A DNA stretch of 64,000 nt, taken from NCBI GenBank assembly GCA_951804945.1, contig OX638152.1, positions 46,376,001 through 46,440,000 on the forward strand, given 5' to 3'. How positions within the stretch are numbered: the first letter of the stretch is position 1; every line of letters begins with the position of its first letter. The notes under the pieces were generated by a model. That model searched no databases and was not told the origin of the DNA. It worked only from the letters and a program-made list of their open reading frames with translations. The stretch comes from Podarcis cretensis (Eukaryota). The position numbers and the translations under genes are program-made. Positions 37,086 through 49,933 of this stretch are shown here, in pieces.

Positions 37086-37217
37086 CTAGGAAAGGGAAGC
37101 TGTGGCCCTCCCTTTGGAGGGCTACAGCTTCCATATTCCCTAGCCATTGACCATTTTGCCAGCTTACGATGGGAGTTGTAAACAAAGTTTTTGGAGGGCT
37201 TCAGTTCCCTATCCCTG
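37086..37217. mobile_element. Hairpin hAT MITE (degenerate)
   Basis: AGGGAAGCTGTGGCCCTCC ... GGAGGGCTTCAGTTCCCT inverted ends; GATGGGAGTTGTA core. Confidence 0.65.
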
Positions 37218-38736
37218 GGCTACAATGTCTGTCAGGAGGATGGCGTAGCAGGTGGTAAAGAGTCCCTTGAAGAAGTAATGATGCTGCCAACACAGTGATT
37301 CTGATTGCATTCTGATCTGATTGCTGTTTCATTATTAATTCCTCTAGTCTGGGATAGAAAAGGTCTGGTGTGCTGCTTCTATATTCTAAGGAGCCTTCTG
37401 GTACCAGCTGTGTTGACACCTTGTCTCTTTGCGATGAGTTCAGTGTCAAACTGATGAAGGGAACTGGACACTTTGTGCAGGCACTTCAGATGCTTTTAAA
37501 ATGTGCTACCTTAGAGTATCTAATAATTTTTTTAGGGTGAAAGGCACAGTACTCACCCATCTCTCTCCTCCTCTTTATTTCCCTCTCTCTGTACTTGGAT
37601 ATAGCAAGCACTTTACACTTCTTTGTTAATCTAAGCTAGTTAATTGGTTCTATTAAGAGAATTTAAGATCAAAGTGGGGAAATATCTTATTGAGTAAATA
37701 TGGAGTGCGGAAAGTATCATAGTTGTGACTGAGGTCCTCTAGCTACTCACAATGGATAAAAATGACAGAATTTTGCCTATTATGCAGCTCAAACAGGAAA
37801 GGAACATCAAAAGGATGATAGTATCTGATAGGTGTTAGAAGCTGGAATTTCCATATGCCTTTGAAGTTTGATCTAGTATATAAAATAGAGATATGTTATA
37901 TTTTCCTTCCAGCATAGCTTGCCTGAGACTCATAAGATGCAAAATTGTGATTTCATATTACACCATATTTCTGTGTATCAGCTGAAGAACTGGAATAATT
38001 CACCCTTTATCCCTCTCTTATACCTGCCTTTCAGAAATGCAGCCCCCTTCCCCCACAAAAAGCTTTAAGAATTATATGGGGTACTGTTTCAAATAACTAA
38101 TTTTGTCCATGCATCCTGACCTTCTGGTTTAGGAGCTTTGTGGGTGAAGTTGAAGAGTATGAATACCTTCTCTCTTATGCCTTCCTGAGAGAATAGTTTG
38201 TTTTTGTTTCACTCAGTTGGAATCCATGTAACTGAACACTTGTCACTTTCAATTTCATTTTGGAGAGTTTAGGTTTGTACAGCTGAGACGGAGAGCCTAA
38301 TTTGGTTTGTAGAAGTTTAAACTACTGGAGGTATATGAAACGAATTTACCTATTAGATTATCAAGACTGATTTTACAAAATCAGTGTGACAGATAACATT
38401 TTGGGTTGTTACAGTCACCAGAGAATGCCTGCATGGAGCAATGTTATCCATATAGCTTAAGCTAGCCTAACGGACTAAAGCTGGACTAAACAATTAATAT
38501 TTACTTGTGGAAGAGCATACAGACTTTAAGAGTAAACTTAAAGAATGTGTACTCCTGAACCATGCAAATCTATTTGTGGGCCCATTCGCAGTGAGCCTGA
38601 GGTTGCCAGAGTAGGGGCACAGGAAGCAATAAATGACATGACAATATTTTTGGGATTGAGATGGCCACGACTTTATTGATTACTGATGTCAGTAGGCTTT
38701 GGAATAGGCATTGGGTATTGGAATAGGCATTGGGTA

Positions 38737-39094
38737 CAGATGCGGGTGGCGCTGTGGTCTAAGCCACAGAGCCTAGGGCTTGCCAATCAGAAGGTCGGCG
38801 GTTCGAATCCCCGCGACAGGGTGAGCTCCCGTTTCTCGGTCCCTGCTCCTGCCAACCTAGCAGTTCGAAAGCACATCAAAGTGCAAGTAGATGAATAGGT
38901 ACTGCTCCGGCGGGAATGTAAACAGTGTTTCTGTGCACTGCTCTGGTTCGCCAGAAGCATCTTAGTCGTGCTGGCCACATGACCCGGAAGCTGTATGCTG
39001 GCTCCCTTGGCCAGTAAAGCGAGATGAGCGCCGCAACCCCAGAGTCAGTCACAACTGGACCTAACAGTCAGGGACCCCTTTACCTTTACCTTTA
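38737..39094 (+). mobile_element. Sauria SINE, intermediate-age subfamily
   Basis: Full body and (ACCTTT)n tail, similar to the 24841 copy; no TSD recognised. Confidence 0.95.
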
Positions 39095-40269
39095 TGTATC
39101 CTAAATCAACCTGCCCAATTGCTGGCTGATTACTTCATCAGGGTCAATCCTGAGTTAAGGATCTCTATAGGATGTACATCAAATGTGGGCGAACACTCCA
39201 GGACACTATTTGGGGAATTCTATGGCCTGATACCCCAATCTGGGTATATGGAAAAGATCTTTCCCCTTGGACCTCTTTATGAGGGTACACTGATACTTTG
39301 ATCTGGAGGAAAGGGGGCAAGACTCCTTCCCACCCCCTCTGATTAGACTAAGGATCCTACTCAATGCCTTTTGCCACCAGCAAGTAGTGACAGTTGCTGT
39401 AAGGTAGGCAAAACCTCCAGACCAAACCAATTTGACCGCAGGCAAAATCCTCCCCAGTCCCGAATACAGTGACTGAGTAACTTCTCATACACATGCACCT
39501 CCCACTTACCTTTGGACAGGGCCAAAGCATGCAGAGTGGGAGGTCAGTTGCCAACTGTGCTGCAGGAAGCAAGCACAACCAATTCAAATGGGACGGAGAC
39601 TGACCTGAGCAAAGACAGGCTTGACTCAAGTCTGCCCCACAACCTGGCCATGACTGGCCAATTCACAGTGGAGGTGAGGAAGTGTCCTGTCACTCCCCAC
39701 AGCCAGCTGAGCCAGTTGATGTTGCCAGCTGTCTGTCTGGGAAGCCTACCCTCCAAATCCCGCCTACCCTCCCAGCTGCAACTGCTGAAAAGTTAAAGCA
39801 GGAGCACAACTAAGATTAATTGTTACATCCAGACTAGATATAAAATGCAACTGAGATTCCAGTGACTTTGTGTCTTTGGTGGGGTTGATAATGGCAGATA
39901 AAATAATAATGTATAATCCTTGACTGGTCTCTTAATTTCTGTTTTATATAAATACAGAGTAGCATTCATATAAGAAACAGTTTGTGCTACTACCCCAAAG
40001 CCATAAACATTTTAATATGCTGCAGCCAAAGCCTCCCTGTTGTAAGGGAAACTTCACTGCATCTTCACTCTAGTCTCAGACTTGACTGTGATTGTTGGAG
40101 GAAGAGGTGCTTACATGAATTTATCAGCATATTAGTTGTTTATGGTGTACAGTACTATTCTACTTTCATTGTACTAATTACCTATATATGGAAAACTTTG
40201 AGAAGGCAGTAACACATTTGTTTAAGCAATGGTCCTATCACTTTACCTTTTGTCTGTATATATGTGTGT

Positions 40270-40490
40270 GTAGAATTAGGACAATTAGAACTTTTTATTG
40301 TATTTATTGGTAGGGCTTTCAGATATTTTATATACATATATAGATTTAATTCTGTCAATGTTTACTTGTTTTCTAATGATGATTTTTCTATTTTTTTATG
40401 GTTCTTATTTTGATCTGTAAGCTGCCTTGAGTCCTCTCAGGGAAAAAGGTGTGATATAAATAAAAAAATGTTAAAATTAATAATAATAAC
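40270..40490 (+). mobile_element. L2-type 3' UTR/tail
   Basis: T-rich UTR followed by TGTAAGCTGCCTTGAGTCC...AAAGGTGTGATATAAAT...(AAT)n. Confidence 0.65.
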
Positions 40491-41683
40491 TGTCTTTTCT
40501 CCCTACACGTTAAATATTTTCCTTAGCTAGTTAAATTGCTATTGTGTCCAGTCACAAATCAGTTTTGTGTGTGTGTGGTTTTATTTTATTTATGTAAAGT
40601 AATGAAGAAAAGATTAGCAAGTATGTAATTGTTGAATTATGTTCAACATTTTGTATCTGCCTATTGAGTATAAGAGAGTTTGTAACAATTTGAAATGTAG
40701 TTTCGTCTTGCAGATTTGTGTACAGTGAGGCAGTTCATAAAATAACTAATATTGAGATATGCAGCAAGACATTCTGTGACTTTAGCTTATCTGTCTAATA
40801 GTTTGCTTGGCTAAGCACCCTATTTATGACTGATGAATAAGGCCCAAAAAAATTAAATAAAAAGCATGTGTGTGCTACTGTGCATGTATGCTTTTTAATT
40901 AAGTATAAATTCTATTTTCTCCACCTGAATTCAGATTCTCTGGGCTGTCATGCAAGACTTACATTTGATTCAGCCTTCTTTCTTTGTACTTCCCACAGCA
41001 TTTCCCAGTTATTCCCAGTGAAAAGAGAAACACTGCAATTTTAAATATTTACAGTATCTTTCTTGAACTTTCTATGTTCCTCACATCTTCAGTACACTAT
41101 TTTTTGTAAATGTCTGATTGATACTTTGTGCTTACAAGGTGTGTAAACATCACAAAATAAAATTTGATAAATATATGAAATGCATACCAGAAAAAATGTT
41201 ACTGTCTATATGATAGCTATGTTACCTGAATCATAGGAAACCTTTCAATTGCAATCCCTGTGGAATCATCTGTATACTCTTTTGGGACCTATGTGTTTTT
41301 TTAGTATCAGTATACAATAGGTATATCTGGATTTATGTTTATTAAAACTTGCATATGCAAAATGGATATGCGGCGGAAGTGCTCAGAAACTTGGGAGGAA
41401 GTGATCATGTTCTCCTGGGCTTCTGGATACAAGAGAAAACTGAGTGTAGTCAGATACACACTCTAGAATTAAGGCTATTTTCAAAAAGCTGAAGGAGCTA
41501 CTGGGTGTGATCCCGCGGTCAGAAATACTCAGTGAGAAGGGAGTCCCAAGAAGATGGGAGTTTCAAAATAGGGGCTCTCAGGGTATGACATACATAAGCT
41601 TAAGAGCTCAAGATATGAGCAAGTATTTTGCCCATGTATGCAGCCCCTTTGCTCCTTCAATCACACGAGTCAGCCAGCAAACC

Positions 41684-41945
41684 CAGAGGCGGAGGTAGGT
41701 GCTCCGGCACCCTGAGTAGCGTGCACCCAGGGGCAGGGCTAGCCACCTGCGGGGATGGGGCTAGCGTCCAGGGGCCTGCCATATACCTCCTGGGGGTGCA
41801 CGCCAATCACTGCACACATCCCGGCGTGTGTGTGCCAGCTTCTGCAAGCCTCCGGGGGGGGGGTGTTTGGCGGCGATGTCACCCCCTCTCAGGGCTGGCA
41901 CCCGGGGCAGACCGCACCCACCACACCCACCTCGCTCCGCCTCTG
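41684..41945 (+). mobile_element. GC-rich hAT MITE
   Basis: Perfect 11-bp TIR CAGAGGCGGAG ... CTCCGCCTCTG; perfect 8-bp TSD AGCAAACC (41676-41683, 41946-41953). Confidence 0.95.
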
Positions 41946-44500
41946 AGCAAACCAGGAAGTTTTCCATTAGCTATAGTTTTCTAACAAGGAACTATGGTTA
42001 ATAGCTTCAGTATCTCAGTTTGTTCAGGAAACTATAACTCAGGAAGGACTTTGTTTCATTTTCCGGCTTGTGTGAAGAGGCTCCATTTTTTAGGGAAAGC
42101 TTGTTCATCTCTTGTCTTATTCAGCCAGAATGTGGTTCTCCAAACGTTCCCACTATATTTGGAAGCAGAATAGCATGATAAAATAATTGAACCCTCAGTT
42201 GACATTGATTTGTTTTTTGCTATATATATATTTTGAAGTTTGAAATCTATATTTTATTATAGGCATTTTTTCCTTAAACACTGACATTATAAGCTATTGT
42301 TTTCTACAGAGCTATATATTTTTGTCATTGTTGTTTTATTGATTAAATATAAAGCTCTAATCTTCTCAAAAATTACTTTGAGATGAAATTATGATTACCA
42401 AGGACTTTTGTCTTATAAGATTCTTTCCACTTTTTGTCTGTAAACAACAGACTGTTTCTCATAGAGCAATCTGTCTCTAGATTGGAGCATCATAACTCTT
42501 TAGGAATGTGCAAATTCCCAACAGAAAACTATATGAAAACCTGACTATCGAGGTATGTTCAGCTATGCTCCACAGAATCCTCACTTCTGCAGCTGGCTGT
42601 GTCCAGGTATCTGCTTTATACTTCCCTGTTTTGCTTTGCAAGCCCATCTGCATTAGGCACAAACTGCTCAGGTTAACTATTCAGATGATATGGCAGTTGC
42701 ATTATGGAGCAGGCACTGAAACATCTAGATATAGTTCTGCATGAGATGTAAACTACAGTTTTGCATTTTAAGGTAGATTCTACCTTGTTGCAGCTTTAGA
42801 TTTGCTCAGGCTGCATGGTAACTGGCTATGAACAGAGCAAAGAAAGGTCAAAAGTGAGCACAAGTAGCCATGATAAGTTGTGTGACAGTACATTGGTTGT
42901 AAATTTGTGGGATGTCAGTACAACCCTACGGTATGTTACTTAATTGGAGAAATGGAACATGACCTCTTTCTGAATGCCTGTCAGGCTTCCTCTTTGATTG
43001 GCAGAATGCTGGAATGGCTTCCCTTCTCTTCTCCCTGTAACTTCCAACTAGATAGTAAATGAGGCTCAATGTGTTGTTTTGCGTTACAGTTATGTTGCAA
43101 GGAATCATATTGATATCTACGTTTCCTGTAGCGAAAGAGGTACCTTGCCTATGTACCCTGCAAGCATAGGAAGTTTTTTATCCAGAGCTTTGTCATAATC
43201 CCAGAGGTCAGGCACACCCAGAACACTGGGTCAGAGGCTATAATGGCAGAAGATGATGAGCTGGACCAGGCTTCTGACTATTAGTGTGATGTTGCTGATC
43301 AGATATCCACTGAATGTAGCCATGAACCTGCTGAACCCTGACCTCCCCCGCCCCCAGCAGCATAGCCTGTGAAACCAGAGATGGGACCTTCTTAGATGCC
43401 TTCACCTTGGATCTGAGGAACCTAGCACTTCATACATGACCTGACCAATCCAAAGGTGCAGAGAGCACACCCTGCTAGGCGTGGCATGGAGTGAAGGGGA
43501 AGCAGTTCTCTCTCCACCTTTTAAGAAATTGAAGTTCTTCAAAAAAGGGGGCAATGCAAGAATTCCGCATGAAGGCAGAGGCTCAAGGGGCCTCAGTTTA
43601 CCTCTTATTTATGACACAATAGCCAAATTGCTTTATTGCCTTGTCCCATGGGCACCTTTTTGGGACCAGGACATGCTTATAGACAATTCAATAGGGAATG
43701 TGTTTACATTGTATTTGTCATAATTACATAATTACTATTTTGAACTCTACACATTTTATTTCTAAGAAATTCTATCTTCTAAATCTAGCTTTCTCTAATG
43801 AATTCAATGTTATCTGATAGTACATCTTAAACTTATTGGTTTGGCTAGAAAAACACTTTCAAAAGATTAAAAGCAACAGATTGACAAAGACTAAACTGAC
43901 CTTTAACCATCAACCTTTTCAGAGAGCATTGAAAAATAAAATTACCAGTCTCTTTTTAATTGTAGAGGCTCATCAATCTTTGCTAGGTATGGTCAGCTTA
44001 GATATGGCTTGTGAATGGGAAACATTTCCAAGATGCAATCACTTTTTGATACTGTGCTGTGAAGCACAGAAACACATTTTAATCATTTAGATTTTAAACT
44101 GCATCCCTTCTTATTCCTTTCCTTATTAACATAACCTGTTCAGCTTTTTTACTTGTCATTCCTATATCTGTTCACTTTTCTATCCTTTGTACTATAGGTC
44201 AACATATCTGGCTTTATCTCTGAGTGTCTCAGAGAAAATGTTTTCAAATACTATTAGTAATCTAAGCAAAGCACTATTAGAGGAAGATTTATTTTCAGAT
44301 TTTCTATCTTTATGTGTTGGCTGAAGCATGCAAGCATATAATAAAATTGTTGGATATTAAATTGTTCTGTATATTCTCTTTGTTCAAAAAAAGGTTTATC
44401 ATTTCTTTCTCTCTTTTGCATAAATGTCAATAATACAGAGATAATAAAGATTTCAAGCACTTGAAGAAACAGAGTCTTTAATGACCCTCTAGATTACAGT

Positions 44501-44639
44501 TACAGATAGGTAGCCGTGTTGGTCTGCCATAGTCAAAACAAAAAAAATTCCTTCCAGTAGCACCTTAAAGACCAACTAAGTCAGTTCTTGGTATGAGCTT
44601 TCGTGGTCTTTAAGGTGCTACTGGAAGGAATTTTTTTTG
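44501..44639 (-). mobile_element. Penelope-like element-derived fold-back insertion (shorter copy)
   Basis: Perfect 36-bp inverted arms 44539-44574 / 44604-44639; homologous to the 28913 element in opposite orientation; 15-bp TSD CCTCTAGATTACAGT (44486-44500, 44640-44654). Confidence 0.82.
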
Positions 44640-44664
44640 CCTCTAGATTACAGTGTTTCTCAAT

Positions 44665-44870
44665 GGGACGCAGGTGGCGCTGTGGGTTAAAGCCTCAGCG
44701 CCTAGGGCTTGCCGATCGAAAGGTCGGCGGTTCGAATCCCTGCGGCGGGGTGCGCTCCCGCTGCTCGGTCCCAGCGCCTGCCAACCTAGCAGTTCGAAAG
44801 CACCTCCGGGTGCAAGTAGATAAATAGGGACCGCTTACCAGCGGGAAGGTAAACGGCGTTTCCGTGTGCG

Positions 44871-44919
<49 letters not shown>

Positions 44920-45063
44920 CCAGAGCAGCGATGTCACGCTGGCCTCGTTACTCGGAAGTGTCTCCGGACAGCGCTGGCCCCTGGCCTCTTAAGTGAGATG
45001 GGCGCACAACCCCAGAGTCTGTCAAGACTGGCCCGTACGGGCAGGGGTACCTTTACCTTTACC
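44665..45063 (+). mobile_element. Sauria SINE, young subfamily, with internal (GGCTCT)8 expansion
   Basis: Near-identical to the 8781 and 54162 copies; 16-bp TSD TTACAGTGTTTCTCAA (44648-44663, 45064-45079). Confidence 0.97.
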
Positions 45064-45066
45064 TTA

Positions 45067-45202
45067 CAGTGTTTCTCAAACTTGGGTCCCCAGCTGTTGT
45101 TGGACTATAGCTCCCATCATCCCTAACTAGCAGGACCAGTGGTCAGGGATGATAGGAGTTGTAGTCCAACAACAGCTGCGGACCCAAGTTTGAGAAACAC
45201 TG
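45067..45202. mobile_element. 136-bp hairpin hAT (Charlie/MER5-like) MITE
   Basis: Arms of about 61 bp with 5 mismatches; termini CAGTGTTTCTCAAAC ... GTTTGAGAAACACTG. Confidence 0.92.
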
Positions 45203-47535
45203 CTATTGCTATCCCACCAATCAAGGAGTAAGATTAACAGCCATTCAAAAAGAGGTCATGTTCCATTTTCCCAATTAAATAACATACTGTAGGGTTGTAC
45301 TGAGCCCGCAAGGACTATGTTAAACTATATATTGTATGGAAATTCACTATAATGAGCATTTCAAAAGTGTGATTTATTGCTTGTAATTAGATTCATTTTA
45401 TTTACAAAATAGGATAAAGATAAAATGAAATTGACTTGACTCTCTTTATGAGATATGGGGTAGAAAGGTGTAATATGTTTCAAAGCAAATATGTTTACTC
45501 CTTTGTGGAACAATTCTTAAATTTGGAATGCAAATTTATTCATGATTAATATGATTAGTAAAGGCTTCTTTACTGGGGGGAAAAGATTTTAATTTGAATA
45601 TATTGGAATAAAGTGTTCAGAAGCCAGAATCCTGTAACTGAAACTTGGAAGCAAAAGGAAATAACTCCACATGCTTTTCTGGAGCATGGTTCAATAATGA
45701 CTTTAAGTTATAATCTGCTCCTATTTTCTACTTCTCAATACATTTGCTAGATTCCTAAACCAACATTTCTATGCTTCTCTTGTCTAAATCTATGTTGAAG
45801 AACAGTTGCATAGCTTATCTGAAACTTATATTTTTGAAATAATCTAAGAAATGATAACCAAGAGGAAAATAAGGACTCAACATTTTCAAACTACGGTACT
45901 TTGAAAACAGTCTAAAAATCTGTCTGGATATTTTTTTTTAGGGAATTGGGTTTGGAATCTTGTACCTTCCCACCATATGGGAACTTTAAAAACATAGCAG
46001 ATGTAATCCTTGGATAAATTATATTTTAGTGTTTCAAATAAACTTTAGAGGACTATATTAATTTTGACAACATACTAAAGCTTGCACATGGAAGAAGAAG
46101 TATAACATAGATTGGTTTCCCCCAAGCTAGGAAGACATAAGGTAAGTCAGCAATTAATGCCTGCTAAACATAGTTTAGCAAAATCATGCATTCAAAATTG
46201 TGGATGGATTAAAGTTTCACATAAAATTGGAAGAAACATTTGGTTGCACATATTTTATTTTAAGAGGTTTTGTGAATACAGCCACAAAACTAATATTTCC
46301 AATTAAGCATACTAACAGCTGATGTGCTGTTTACACTTTTACGGGTATGCAGATGAGAGAAACACACTGGCATTTGAATAACTAGACAAACTCATAACTT
46401 GCAGAGTGGTTAAATACAGGTGCATAAATGCACACAAACTATAGATCTCACTATATTGTACTTAACAGTAGGTGTCTTCTCATTCCCTCACAGCTCCAGC
46501 CTATCTTAGTCTCCTCTCAGCACTCTAGGATCATATTTCATCCTGAATCAAAATCTATCACCCAGTTTCAAAACACTCCTCTCAATTTATTGTAATAGGT
46601 CAGGGGTTTTTTTTATCTTACTGAAGCAGGTGTAGTCTGTGGATAGGTCCCAAGTCTGTCGCATCCAAGGAGGCTAAGGCCTCAAGACTTACCAAACAGT
46701 GGCTGGATAAGTCAAGAATGCAGAGTCAAAGTCAAAGATAAACTGGAGATGAGCACAGTTAATCAGTATGGGTCTAAAACACGAAACAGTGTCTAAAGGT
46801 AAAAGTCCAGGGGCTAACAACACAGGAGAGCCACTCTAGGTAAGAGTAGGTCTGGTTTCAGGGTCAGAGAGCTGGGTATTGAACCAGTGATGTATTCCAT
46901 GGTGGCCATGGTGGCTGTGAAGTCTGATGTGGCTTTAGCATGCATGTCAAAATCCCTCAGCACAATCACCAGCTATAATCAGGCACAGAGGTTGTTAAGC
47001 AGTGGGACGGATGCTGCACCAATAAGATCAATGTTATGAGCCAATGAAAGGAACAAGTCCTGGATTTTTGTCCCCAGGTGGATTAGCTTCTTGGTGAAAG
47101 AGATGGCATTCTCAAAGTGCTTTTAATGATTGAAATGAAAGTGCTTGTAACTATACCCTGGTGGGCAAAAGTAACCACTGCCAACCCTCTGTTGGATCAG
47201 TTAATGAATCAATCAGAATCAATAAACTCCCTCTCCACCAGGCACCAATTGATACCATTTGGGAATACCCTCCACCCTCTATTTCTGCCTTTGTCTCTCA
47301 TCATGTGTAGGTTTCATCCTATGAAGTAGCATAATATACCTAGCTTGAAGGGGACATTAGAGGGGATCACGATTAGGAGAGAGACCTTCTCTACCCTGAT
47401 TAACATGACAGAGTTTTAATCATAGTTTGTGTTCAAGACACGCTCTATATATAAAATCACATAAATATTTTATGTGACGTCTGAACTTTGAAAAGAAATT
47501 CTGGAAGAAGTACAGCCAATTTTGAAACATTTCTA

Positions 47536-47561
47536 GTGTGTGTGTGTGTGTGTGTGTGTGT
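47536..47561. repeat. (GT)n microsatellite
   Basis: About 13 GT units. Confidence 0.95.
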
Positions 47562-47784
47562 ATTGAACAGACATGTTGCTTTCTTCTATAAAGAGTTAAA
47601 TGTGTCAAGAGTGATGCTTTAAAGAAAAGAACAATGTTAAATAATACCATCTCCAGGAATATATTTTTAAGAAGTGAATGATATGTTTATACTGAACCAA
47701 ATGTATTCCCATTGTGTAATTGTGTAGTTCAAATATGTCCTTGCTTGTTCTTTGGTTGTTACGCCTCTTAATATGCAGTTAGCA

Positions 47785-47788
<4 letters not shown>

Positions 47789-47823
<35 letters not shown>
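47789..47823. repeat. (CT)n microsatellite
   Basis: About 17 CT units. Confidence 0.95.
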
Positions 47824-47825
<2 letters not shown>

Positions 47826-48846
47826 CAAACATTTAAAGTGCAAGTCATTTTTGGCTCCAGGAAGTAACAAAATTATCCTCCAATGCAAACAGAGTTCACG
47901 AGAAGGTAAACTACTTACTGGCTTACACTGTGAGATGTGTTTGCCTATTCTGTCTTATTTTCAATGAAATGGATTTGTTAACGATGCCAGTTTGGAAAGA
48001 GTTCACTTAATGTATTGTTTCTCATTTCACTCAATTTTCCTTTGCACATTCATAATATTCATTCATGTAATTGATGGCATGGGAAATCTCTTCACTGAAC
48101 ATTGTTAACATTTCTTTTCTGTAAAAGAAGAATCAAGTGTGTGCTTTGCTTTTGTGACAGCAAACATAAGGCAAGTAACTATTGTCTGGTTCATTTATTT
48201 TTATCTCTCAGAAGACCTTGAGAGTGTCCCTGTTTCTGTTTGTAAATATGTTGCTTGTAATATTCAGAGCATTTCTCCAGTCAGGGCTAGTCCTAGCTTT
48301 AGGAAGAGTGAGGTCACTGTCCTAGGTGCCAGATTGTGGAGAAACAGTGATGTGTTGGAGGGAAGGCTTGTGTGCCCTCTAATTAGTCTGTTGTTCTCCA
48401 GGTGTAGCAGAGGATTATGTCCCGTGACCAGTGTTGAAATAAGATTCAACTGCCAGGATGGTTGGCTTTTGCTTGTGGAATGAGATGGGCTGCCATCTTG
48501 TCCTTTGCCTCAGGAGCCCTGTTTCCACTATTACTTTTGAGTAATGCTATGCTGTATCTAATCATGTTATCAATAGTATTTGAAATATTTGTAGATGATC
48601 ACATGTGGGACATGTGGATTTACTTAAACAACAGTTGGGTGTGAAGTCTGTTGATTGCAATGATATATCATCTGATAATTATCAGTAATGTATTACTTAA
48701 GTGGAACTTCCACCTCAGGTGCCTACTGATATGTAGTAATAGAGCTGAGTTGTGTGCAACTTGCCTGCTCTCCTTAATATGCTTCATGTAGTACACAGTA
48801 GTGCACAGCGACATGTCAACTCATATGGATTGCTAACACATAGGGA

Positions 48847-48888
48847 TGTGTGTGTGTGTACGCGCGCGCGCACACACGCACACACGTG
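48847..48888. repeat. (TG)n(CG)n(CA)n compound self-complementary repeat
   Basis: TGTGTGTGTGTGTACGCGCGCGCGCACACACGCACACACGTG, alternating purine-pyrimidine. Confidence 0.9.
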
Positions 48889-49274
48889 AAAGAAAGAGAT
48901 AGATGAAGAAGTCAAAAGTTTTAAGAGGATAATTTAAATGTCTGTCCTAGTTTGACACATGACACATATATGTTAGGACCCACCCTATTATCTTGATTGT
49001 AGTACATTTTGTTTTAATATTTTAAAATTATAATTTTCCCTCATGGTGAAGGTTGCGTAAGAAATCTAATAAATGACAAGAATAAAAAATAATAATTGGA
49101 AAGGCATTTTCTGCATTCCCAAAGCAACTAATTTAAGTCCTTCAACCTGACTGATTCCAACTAGCTTTCATTAGCAAGCCTCCAGGAGGCTACCTAAATT
49201 TAAACTAAGTTTCAATTTGATGACTTCAGTAAATATCTAATTACAGCTTTTTCTGACAGCAGTGGGAGTTACCA

Positions 49275-49589
49275 CTGATGTGGTCTAAACCCACTGAGCC
49301 TAGGGCTTGCTGATCATAAGGTCGTGGTTCGAATCCCCAGGACGGGGTGAGCTCCTGTTGTTTGGTCCCAGCTCCTGCCCACCTAGCCGTTAAAACGCAC
49401 GTCAAAGTGCAAGTAGATAAATGGGTACTGCTCCTGCGGGAAGGTAAACGGCGTTTCCGTGCGCTGCTCTGGTTCACTAGGAGCGGCTTAGTCATGCTGG
49501 CCTCATGACCTGGAAGCTGTCTGCGGACAAACGCCGGCTTCCTCCACGACTGGACCTAACGGTCAGGGGTACCTTTACCTTTACCTTTA
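49275..49589 (+). mobile_element. Sauria SINE, 5'-eroded with an internal 3' deletion
   Basis: B-box GGTTCGAATCC, conserved body, (ACCTTT)n tail; lacks the GAGATGAGCG...CCCCAGAG block seen in other copies. Confidence 0.92.
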
Positions 49590-49892
49590 AGAATCCTACA
49601 TCAGGATAATTCTTGAAGTTAAAATCCTGAAGTTAAAATCAAATTCCATAAAATGGAATGTAAGAAATTTGTTGAATGTGGTCAACAGAAACAAAACATG
49701 AATTATCACTGAAATGTAGGGGGGTTGCTCTTAGAATAAAGAGAAACACAAAGTGCAAAGCGAAAGTAGATTGTTAAAAAAAAGATTTTTCAAACTCACT
49801 TGCTCTTCCATGCTTGCTAAGAAAGGGTCTACTGTGGCTTTATGATACTATGTAATATTGATGTAGCAGTGGGATTATCCAGGAGCCCCAAA

Positions 49893-49933
49893 TGTGTGTG
49901 TGTGCGTGTGTGTGTGCGCGCACACACACGTGT
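49893..49933. repeat. (TG)n(CG)(CA)n compound repeat
   Basis: Alternating purine-pyrimidine tract with a self-complementary centre. Confidence 0.9.

Noticed and set aside
41684-41945. CpG-island promoter
   Set aside because: The GC-rich stretch is exactly bounded by TIRs and an 8-bp TSD, so it is a MITE.
43126-43660. LTR-like fragment (also ~29420-29810 and ~46630-47000)
   Set aside because: Composition is suggestive, but I could not define paired termini or TSDs, so they are not called.
44695-45126. ORFs with PEPEPE / WLWLWL repeats
   Set aside because: These are translations of the (GGCTCT)8 expansion inside a SINE.
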